This document shows positions 36,523 to 43,993 of a DNA stretch of 64,000 bases, piece after piece. A program made the position numbers and the translations under genes. Location of the stretch: the sequence record NC_041974.1. The stretch is one strand, 5' to 3'. Below the pieces are notes generated by a model that saw only the letters and a program-made list of their open reading frames with translations, made no database searches and was not told the origin of the DNA. Numbering within the stretch: position 1 is the stretch's first letter; each line of letters begins with the position of its first letter.

Positions 36523-36882
36523 ATGAGTGAAAAGAAAGCGTTCGAAGTGGTATTGGATAGCCGTCATGAACCGTACGAGGCTTACCAGTTATTAGTGGCG
36601 CGTATCAATACGTTATTACGCACCGGTCAAGGCTACCATGAAGTGAAACTCACGAAGTGGCAGCTTTACGATAACGGTCTTCTTATCAAAGGAGATGATG
36701 ATGTGCATATCTCCTTGTTGCGTCATTTCTATTACGACGAACAACGCAATACGTTTGGTGGTGGCTTCATGGCCTTTGAGATCCTGGAAGATTTGGGTCG
36801 GTACTACAAAGTGCCCGATATCACAGAAGGGATGGGCGAGAACGTTGGCCTCGTCTTCACGGTCACGGTAACCACACCATAA
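36523..36882 (+). CDS. Paralog array member 1 (hypothetical)
   Basis: SD AAGGA before ATG 36523; motif VKLTKWQLYDNGLLIKGDD. Confidence 0.7.
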   Translation: MSEKKAFEVVLDSRHEPYEAYQLLVARINTLLRTGQGYHEVKLTKWQLYDNGLLIKGDDDVHISLLRHFYYDEQRNTFGGGFMAFEILEDLGRYYKVPDITEGMGENVGLVFTVTVTTP

Positions 36883-36888
36883 GAGGTT

Positions 36889-37257
36889 GTGATGAAACCA
36901 CTCTTCGCCATGAAGTTTGATACCCGGGATGCGGGATTAGGGGATCAACTCGATCTCTTGCAATCACGGGTGAAGGCTTACTCTAAACACGGCACCATGA
37001 TCAAAGATGTGGCGGTGACTGCCTGGGTGGTCTGTTCGGATAACATGCCAGTTGCCGGTGATGACCCTGCTCATGTCAGCATTATCCACCGTTACCGTTA
37101 CGACATCGAACAGCAGTGTGTGGTCGGTGGGGTCAGTGCCATGGATGCTCTGCGTGAGATCTGGTCGGCGTATGGTCCTGACTCTACCCTCCCACCGTTC
37201 AGCCGGATACCCGGTGCTGTCGATATGCAATTTACCTTAACTGTGTTCACTATTTAA
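36889..37257 (+). CDS. Paralog array member 2 (hypothetical)
   Basis: Motif VAVTAWVVCSDNMPVAGDD; SD GAGG. Confidence 0.7.
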   Translation: MMKPLFAMKFDTRDAGLGDQLDLLQSRVKAYSKHGTMIKDVAVTAWVVCSDNMPVAGDDPAHVSIIHRYRYDIEQQCVVGGVSAMDALREIWSAYGPDSTLPPFSRIPGAVDMQFTLTVFTI

Positions 37258-37270
37258 AGGAGATACCCTC

Positions 37271-37660
37271 ATGGGAGTTTCTGCTGCTGCTCGTCGTTCT
37301 AAAGAAGGGGTGTTTACCCGTAGCATTGAAGTGCGTCCAGACCACTGGAAACGGGATATCACTGATTTAGGACTGGATGTCCATAACCTGGTGTTGTGTA
37401 AACAGGAGATCGTGTCAGTGACCGTCACGGCTTGGCGGGCGTATGACGAGTGCGGGGTACTGCGCGGCAGTGCCAAAGAGTTGAAGTTAGACATTACGGA
37501 ATGGTTCCTCGGCGACAAAGGCCCGGTCATTAATGATGCGATCAAACCTCTCACGTTTGCCTTCATCATTAATCAACAACGCAGCCAACGCACGCCCTGG
37601 GTAAAAGATGTCCGCTTAGGGCTTAACCTGTCCATTGTCTACAAGAGGATTCAGCAATAA
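37271..37660 (+). CDS. Paralog array member 3 (hypothetical)
   Basis: Motif VTVTAWRAYDECGVLRGS; SD AGGAG. Confidence 0.7.
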   Translation: MGVSAAARRSKEGVFTRSIEVRPDHWKRDITDLGLDVHNLVLCKQEIVSVTVTAWRAYDECGVLRGSAKELKLDITEWFLGDKGPVINDAIKPLTFAFIINQQRSQRTPWVKDVRLGLNLSIVYKRIQQ

Positions 37661-38004
37661 TGGAAATTGTCCACCAACTCGATCTTAGCCACGGCTGGGA
37701 ACCCTTCAACCGCCTGAAAGCCGCCTTTGCCAAGAAACCCCCGGAGGCAATCTACATCACTGCCTGGGTCGCTCATGGCTATAAAGGAAACCTCATCGGT
37801 GATGAGCAAGTGGTGAAAGGGTCGTGCCAGGAGTGTCGGATTGATGTGACCCACATCTTCTTCCCCAGTCGGCCTGAGATCTTGATTGGTTTGTCGAGCT
37901 TCATTAACACCATTAATCGTGACGGGCCGGTGAAGATCCCGGCCTGGACCGGATCGATTACTCTTTGTCTTGAATTAGCGATAAGTTATACGGATAGAAT
38001 TTAA
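37660..38004 (+). CDS. Paralog array member 4 (hypothetical)
   Basis: Motif IYITAWVAHGYKGNLIGDE; TAATG coupling. Confidence 0.65.
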   Translation: MEIVHQLDLSHGWEPFNRLKAAFAKKPPEAIYITAWVAHGYKGNLIGDEQVVKGSCQECRIDVTHIFFPSRPEILIGLSSFINTINRDGPVKIPAWTGSITLCLELAISYTDRI

Positions 38005-38111
38005 TCGGCATATATTCTGTCTCGTTAGCGTAAGCTCGCTAAAAACCCTTTTAAAGTTTTGTATAACAAACTATCAACTTTGTAGAAAGAAACAAATAGG
38101 AAATTAATCTC

Positions 38112-38822
38112 ATGTTGCATGAAAACTTTGAAGCCTTAGTGGCGAACATCGCCAACCAAATCAATCAGCTGGAACCCGAGGATCTGCCGTCACTGATCCT
38201 GACCAAGAGCGGGGTCTACATCAACGACAAGCGCCACGATCGCACTCGTCTACTGCTGAACCTGTTTACCCCCCAGCCCGGGCACACGCACGACGTGACC
38301 TTCGATCAAGAGCTGCAGGATGCCTTCGCTCACAACAACCTGGAGTTTATCAAAGTCGGTGAAGGGATCGCCTACGGACTACTGCGTACCAGTATCGTTA
38401 ACAACGAACCCGCGGTGTTCTGGATTCACGCCGATGTCTCCGATGATGCATCATTACTGAAGCAAGCCTGGGATATCATCACCGACCTGAAGAAGAATGC
38501 GGGTTACCCCCAGGCGTTTAACATTGACGTGCTCGACGTAAGCTGGCATGCGTTAAGCTGGGCACAACTGCTGGGGACTTTGCTTGACCGCACTGACCCG
38601 ACACGCCGGTTTCGTTTGGCAACTAACGCTGACTACGATTTTGTGTTATCCCAGAAAGCCATCACGTACTACCAGGAGACGTTGAGTAAACGTCCGATGG
38701 CACCGGTTGCTTACCTCGATGACACTAACTTGTTTAACGGTGGCGACTTTAACGACAGTGATCGCAACTGGGCAATCGCCCCGAACGACAGCACCCGCCC
38801 TATCGTGAAGGTGTATGTTTAA
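38112..38822 (+). CDS. Hypothetical protein
   Basis: SD AGGA; 236 aa. Confidence 0.75.
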   Translation: MLHENFEALVANIANQINQLEPEDLPSLILTKSGVYINDKRHDRTRLLLNLFTPQPGHTHDVTFDQELQDAFAHNNLEFIKVGEGIAYGLLRTSIVNNEPAVFWIHADVSDDASLLKQAWDIITDLKKNAGYPQAFNIDVLDVSWHALSWAQLLGTLLDRTDPTRRFRLATNADYDFVLSQKAITYYQETLSKRPMAPVAYLDDTNLFNGGDFNDSDRNWAIAPNDSTRPIVKVYV

Positions 38823-38880
38823 ATAAACACAAGCTCCAGATGGTATACTTGGAAACATTTATTGATCTGGAGCCCCAGCC

Positions 38881-39180
38881 ATGCAAAACAATGACGATGT
38901 GGTGCCGATGCACTATAACCACAACGTGGACATGAATAACCCGCTCGACGTGGATGAAGAGGCGTTAAAGGTTCGCTTCGCCGCGCGCCTGTGCAGCTTC
39001 CTTGATCTTGCCGAGCAACTGAATAAGGATGACTTAACCCAAAACGATATCAGTCAGTTCACCGTCGGTATCGTAAACTTAGTGTGTGACTCAATGGGCA
39101 GTAGTCCCAAACGAGACCTTTACAGGAGACAGATGGTTGACAAACTTGAACCTGTTCTGTCGAGGCATCTGATTAAATAG
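38881..39180 (+). CDS. Hypothetical protein
   Basis: SD GGAG; 99 aa. Confidence 0.65.
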   Translation: MQNNDDVVPMHYNHNVDMNNPLDVDEEALKVRFAARLCSFLDLAEQLNKDDLTQNDISQFTVGIVNLVCDSMGSSPKRDLYRRQMVDKLEPVLSRHLIK

Positions 39181-39224
39181 TCGGAGGCGTGACGGAACGC
39201 GACTACATTGCAGTATAAAAGGAT

Positions 39225-40007
39225 ATGGCTATGACGTTCGAAAAAGAAGGGGACACGTTGCACATTGTGCGACTGAGAACCAAAGGCTGGTACCACATGA
39301 CGGTAACCAGCGATCCTGATGCGAGTATGGATATCGTTAACACGAACTTACGTCAGGGCACTTTTACTGATCCACTTTTACAACACCAGTACGACATCTG
39401 TAAAAAAGAGATGGGGCAAGATCCCAATCCAAATGACATCGTTTTCCACCAGTTCGTGACCACGCCAGACCAGACCGGATATCAGTCTGGCCACTGGATG
39501 ATTCGTGATCACATTCGCCACGGCTATTCACTGAAGTGCCTGACTAACATCGGTGACTGGCTTTCGACCGCAGCCTATCTTTATATCCCAGACCCTGATG
39601 ATAAAGAGGGTGGTGAGAGAAAATACAAAGTAACTGACTTAGGCAAGTATCTCGACAAGGAAGAGTTGTTGGGTCACTCCGACCACCTGCCGATGTATTT
39701 CTTGCCTGATGAGGAACCGGGTGACAGCTATGATGAGTTGATTGAAACCCATCGTCTTCCGCAACCTGACAAAGGTTACTCTTGTGTGGCCATCAAGAAC
39801 GGTATGTCGTTTAGTTTGCTGACGTACAACAACTCCAAGCGGGTGCTTTCAGAAGAGGAAGAACTGCAAACCACAACCGTCCCAGTCAGGGCAGATGGTT
39901 TGCTGTACAGCTCCGTCTTAGAGTTGGCTATGGCTAAGAACGCCCCAGTCTGGTTTGTCTTGGAGATGCTAACCTCCGAAACCGACCCAAACTGGCATTT
40001 CGTCTAA
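39225..40007 (+). CDS. Homing-endonuclease-derived protein B
   Basis: IVFHQFVTTPD, LTNIGDWL, YKVTDLGKYL, C-terminal VRADGLLYSSVLELA...DPNWHFV. Paralog of 34963-35679. Confidence 0.5.
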   Translation: MAMTFEKEGDTLHIVRLRTKGWYHMTVTSDPDASMDIVNTNLRQGTFTDPLLQHQYDICKKEMGQDPNPNDIVFHQFVTTPDQTGYQSGHWMIRDHIRHGYSLKCLTNIGDWLSTAAYLYIPDPDDKEGGERKYKVTDLGKYLDKEELLGHSDHLPMYFLPDEEPGDSYDELIETHRLPQPDKGYSCVAIKNGMSFSLLTYNNSKRVLSEEEELQTTTVPVRADGLLYSSVLELAMAKNAPVWFVLEMLTSETDPNWHFV

Positions 40008-40095
40008 CCGAGATTGGCTGTGGGGAATCCTATGCAATTGCAAAGTGTAGAGAGAACCACGGCCAATCGTAAGCTGTATCATAAGGAGAGAGATT

Positions 40096-41676
40096 GTGAG
40101 TGAAGCTAACCAGAACATCGTAGAAAGCTACGACGACCTGCCGAAGAACGCGCAGAAAGGTGATCGCTATACCGTGCGTGAAGACGCGATCGTTTACGAA
40201 CTCCAGGAAGATGGTTCTTGGAAAGACGTAGACATCAACGAACAGGTTGATCAGGAAAACGAAGAGCAGGCGCAGACCGAAGATGGTCAGCAGTCTGACA
40301 CCGGCGCAACTGATCAACCTGCCTCTGATGAAGAGGGCGATGCTGATTCGTCTAAAACTGCAGCTACCGATGAAGAAGACCAGGTAGATGACAACGGCGA
40401 TGACAAGCAGACTCCGGCTGAAGAGAAGCAGGAAGAAGCAGCGCAGGCGGTTGATGAAACCCAACCACGTGATGACCCTTACGTACGAGGAGCGAACAGC
40501 GATGCCAATCCGGCACAACCTGAAGATGCGAATCAAACGCAAGATCAGACTGACGAAGCAGGACAAACTCCTGATTCTTCTGACGATACCAACGCGCAGC
40601 AGGAAAGCACTGATGGCGTTGCGACGCAGGATGCGAAAGAGCAGGCTAACATCCCGGAAGGGGTAGATCCTGAAGAAGCGCAACCTGACAACCAGCCACT
40701 GGCAGTAGCACCGGTTGAGCAGCCCCCTGTCCAGCACGAAGCGGTCGCGGTTGATCCTAACGCTGACCAGCCATCACCTGAAGCGCGTCCAGACAGCAAG
40801 ATCGAAGAAGCAGCTGAACTGAACGCACAGAAAGAAGATGCGGCTCGTGATGAGATCGCTGAAGCCGGTGCCGATGCGCAAGCTGCGACCTCTGCTGAGC
40901 AGACTGACGCTGGCAAAGCCAAAGAAGACGCACAGGCTGAAGGCCAGTTGCCGAACGATGGTGCTGCTGATGATGTTGCAGCCGGTAAACCACGTAATGA
41001 CCAGACCTACACCGAAGATCAGAAAGCAGCGAACACGCCAGCTCCTGAAATCGTGCAGGCTCAGGAAAACCATACGTCAGAGCCCGATCCGGTAGTCAGC
41101 CAGGAAGAGACCCATGTGCAGAACGCCACGGACCCTGACCAGCCGACTATTATCCCGCAGGAAGCGAAGTCTGAATCACTGGCGCATCAAGCGGCTGATC
41201 CAACGCAGGAAACTGTGTTTGTTAAGCAGGATGAAAACCTGGACCCGGAAGTGCGCGTGCTGCAACAGCGCATTGAAGAGTACATCGGCAACATGGGTGT
41301 GAACGGTAAGCACGATCGCCGTGACGGTCCGAAGTATCAGGCTCGCCTGTACAAAGACCTGCACTCCATCATGGCGCTGGAGCCAGTGAAGTTCAAGCAA
41401 GTGATGGACTACCTGCTGAACCGTGTGTATGAAGAACGTGCCGGTGCTTTCTCCGACACCTATACACGCCGTTACTTTGATCAGCTGTCACCGATGCACA
41501 TGCAGACCGATCGCGTGCGTGAGTTTGACAACATCCTGTCGCTGGTAACCACTGTGGGTCATTCCAAAAACCGCAGTCGTGCCCTGCAGCAGGTTGATCT
41601 GCAACGCGCCCTGAAGAACATTCAGGATGCCGGTAAGCAGCAGCGTATGGCGGCGTACTTTGATGCTCTGCGTTAA
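40096..41676 (+). CDS. Large acidic, mostly disordered protein with conserved-looking helical C-terminal domain
   Basis: SD AAGGAG. N-terminal YDDLPKNAQKGDRYTV...YELQEDGSW motif, about 330 aa E/D/Q/A/P linker, about 140 aa helical end. Confidence 0.8.
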   Translation: MSEANQNIVESYDDLPKNAQKGDRYTVREDAIVYELQEDGSWKDVDINEQVDQENEEQAQTEDGQQSDTGATDQPASDEEGDADSSKTAATDEEDQVDDNGDDKQTPAEEKQEEAAQAVDETQPRDDPYVRGANSDANPAQPEDANQTQDQTDEAGQTPDSSDDTNAQQESTDGVATQDAKEQANIPEGVDPEEAQPDNQPLAVAPVEQPPVQHEAVAVDPNADQPSPEARPDSKIEEAAELNAQKEDAARDEIAEAGADAQAATSAEQTDAGKAKEDAQAEGQLPNDGAADDVAAGKPRNDQTYTEDQKAANTPAPEIVQAQENHTSEPDPVVSQEETHVQNATDPDQPTIIPQEAKSESLAHQAADPTQETVFVKQDENLDPEVRVLQQRIEEYIGNMGVNGKHDRRDGPKYQARLYKDLHSIMALEPVKFKQVMDYLLNRVYEERAGAFSDTYTRRYFDQLSPMHMQTDRVREFDNILSLVTTVGHSKNRSRALQQVDLQRALKNIQDAGKQQRMAAYFDALR

Positions 41677-41689
41677 TTGATCATTTGAT

Positions 41690-41739
41690 CAGCATAAGGA
41701 GAGGCCTCGCGCCTCTCCTGTTTATGCCGTCTTTTTTTT
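41690..41739. terminator. Bidirectional terminator with CAGCATAA / TTATGCCG arms
   Basis: AGGAGAGGC-ctcgc-GCCTCTCCT stem, T run. Confidence 0.85.
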
Positions 41740-42243
41740 TTACACTAAAATACCGTTAAAAGCCACCGGGTCATTACCCAGGAACGGGTTGTACCGAACC
41801 ACAGACCCTAATGTGTAATCGTAGTAGATAAAGTCCAAGCATTGCGCACCCTGATAAGTAGTCCATGACTTTGATAGATAGCCATTGCGGTCTAACGCAA
41901 CGTAAGCTGGCCGACTCGATAACGGGGTAAACTTCATCAACACTTGTGGCTGGTTGTTGAGGTTGTTTGTAAATACAGGCAGGGAAGGATGCGCGTGCCT
42001 TGCAATGGAGCACAACCAAGAGTCGTAGGTAAACCACTCTTTATACGACGTGCCGTACATGTTGTTGGATGTGTTCAATGTAGTATTAACATATTTACCG
42101 GCAGTAGCAGACATGCTGGTACTCGCGTTCGCTACCTTCGTATATTTGGCGGCATTGGCCGCAAGCCACGCCTCGAATTGTGCATAGGTCATCTTAGTAC
42201 CTATCTGTGGCTGTGACTTACTGCCCATTAACATCTCTAACAT
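41740..42243 (-). CDS. Putative tail-associated protein, paralog 1
   Basis: Aligns over full length with 42256-42765 (IARHA, RNGY, LDFIYYD, PVxFNGxL). Confidence 0.7.
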   Translation of the reverse strand: MLEMLMGSKSQPQIGTKMTYAQFEAWLAANAAKYTKVANASTSMSATAGKYVNTTLNTSNNMYGTSYKEWFTYDSWLCSIARHAHPSLPVFTNNLNNQPQVLMKFTPLSSRPAYVALDRNGYLSKSWTTYQGAQCLDFIYYDYTLGSVVRYNPFLGNDPVAFNGILV

Positions 42244-42255
42244 GGTAACTCCTGA

Positions 42256-42765
42256 TTAGATCAACACCCCGTTAAACGGTACCGGTGTGCCGCCATTTAA
42301 CGGAGTCCACCGCATCACAACACCCTGGGTATTGTCGTAGTAAATAAAGTCAAGCACAGTACGACCGTTAAATGATCCGTAAGACAAGCTGGTGTAACCG
42401 TTACGATTGAGGCCTGAATAGGCACTTTTGGTAACATAAGGTCCAAGCTTCATTAAACAAAACTGTTTATTCGCCAACATGTAATCAAACATCGTTTGTG
42501 CCGGACACGCATGTCGTGCGATCCTTGCCCAAGTTGAATCGTGAGTACAGGAGTTTAAATAGGGAGTACCCCACATGTTACCGCCATCAGCCGTCATGGA
42601 GATCCTGGCATAGCCGTTCGTAAACGTGGTGGACGAAGGGGTGCCTGTATTCGACGCTGCACTGACCGCACTGTACTTAGTGGTATTGGTATTTAACCAA
42701 GTAACAAAATCCGCATAGCTCATCTTTACAGTTTTCTTGCCAGCGTACATTAATAACTCGAGCAT
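42256..42765 (-). CDS. Putative tail-associated protein, paralog 2
   Basis: See paralog 1; SD GAGGTGG. Confidence 0.7.
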   Translation of the reverse strand: MLELLMYAGKKTVKMSYADFVTWLNTNTTKYSAVSAASNTGTPSSTTFTNGYARISMTADGGNMWGTPYLNSCTHDSTWARIARHACPAQTMFDYMLANKQFCLMKLGPYVTKSAYSGLNRNGYTSLSYGSFNGRTVLDFIYYDNTQGVVMRWTPLNGGTPVPFNGVLI

Positions 42766-42906
42766 AACTCCACCTCAAAATAAAATCCCGTTAGCAAGGG
42801 TTCTGGTTCTCTAATACATGACTTATAGGATTTAGCCGGCATAACGGAGCAGGCAACGCCTACTCCTGAATCCTGGTGTGAATAACGGTTGGTCGATTGG
42901 GGTATT

Positions 42907-43884
42907 TTAACCCGCTGTAGTTTGATCTGGGTAACCTCGACCTGTCCCCCAGACAATACGAACAATACCATCAGCACCACTACCTAACAAACTGGTGCCG
43001 TCACTCTTGTACTGACTTGCCCCGCCGCCTCCTGCACCCCCGCCTGGAATCGCGGTAGGTATCCCCGCCCCTGATCCTGGCATATCCTTGATACGTCCTG
43101 TCGATTTAATTCCCCCACCACCTCGACCAGTATAGATCTTGGTAGTGCCTTGGGTCGTCAGGGTAACATTCCCACCATAACCCGCTCCCGTATCCGCAGG
43201 GTTAGTGGGGGTTGCGCCATAAGCACATCCTGCGCCGCCATCGCCCATGTAACCGCCTGCACCGCCACCGCCGACCGCACGTGTCGTTAATGACCCGGTG
43301 CCACCCTTTCCACCTGTACCACCCCCAACAATAGGTTTGGTAGCAGGGTTCTGGATAGGGTTGTTCGCGATCCCGGCTAACACACCGCCGACGACATTTA
43401 ACAGCCCGCCGACCAAACCGCCTACTAATCCCCCTACTATATCCACCAATACCAGATCCAGGAGATTACCGGAAAGTCCATTCGACTGCGGCATGACGGT
43501 AACTGCCGTGTTACCGGATGCGTCCTCCCCGCCACCCACTGCTTTTAACAGATAGGTGCCATTACGCGCTATCCCGGAGAAAGACCCTTTATTCGCCGTG
43601 AAGGCGGTTTTAACGGGTGTTGGTGTACCAATCCCACCTTGCCCTACCACAACCGTCATCTTCTCACCAGGAGTCACAGGGATCGCATTACGATAACGTA
43701 ACGTCCCGCCATTCCCGCCGGTGTGTACAAGGGTAGTGCTACTGGCTGATTGCCCACCCCCTACTGCGACGGCACTCATGCTCGTTGCCCCTTCTGGCAC
43801 AATCAGTTCGTACACCCCCGCCTTTGTGAAGAGCGTCTCTAGGGGTAACTTAATGTGTGTCTTGTTTAACAATAACCCAATCAT
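42907..43884 (-). CDS. Glycine-rich tail-fibre/adhesin-like protein
   Basis: GVYELIVPEGATSMSAVAVGGG...GGNGG.LRYRNAIPVTPGE...VVVGQGG and C-terminal GADGIVRIVWG match the glycine-rich receptor-binding domain pattern. Confidence 0.7.
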   Translation of the reverse strand: MIGLLLNKTHIKLPLETLFTKAGVYELIVPEGATSMSAVAVGGGQSASSTTLVHTGGNGGTLRYRNAIPVTPGEKMTVVVGQGGIGTPTPVKTAFTANKGSFSGIARNGTYLLKAVGGGEDASGNTAVTVMPQSNGLSGNLLDLVLVDIVGGLVGGLVGGLLNVVGGVLAGIANNPIQNPATKPIVGGGTGGKGGTGSLTTRAVGGGGAGGYMGDGGAGCAYGATPTNPADTGAGYGGNVTLTTQGTTKIYTGRGGGGIKSTGRIKDMPGSGAGIPTAIPGGGAGGGGASQYKSDGTSLLGSGADGIVRIVWGTGRGYPDQTTAG

Positions 43885-43993
43885 GCATCATCCTTCTAGA
43901 ATGAGTACCTTGACGACCTACTCGCGTCATAGCATTCCAGCCGGCATAAGGGAGTGGATACCCTGACCGTAGCCAAGGTATCCACGTGGTGCG

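Noticed and set aside
40030-41073. Several overlapping 80-235 aa alternative ORFs over the acidic protein
   Set aside because: Shadows of low-complexity, biased-codon sequence.
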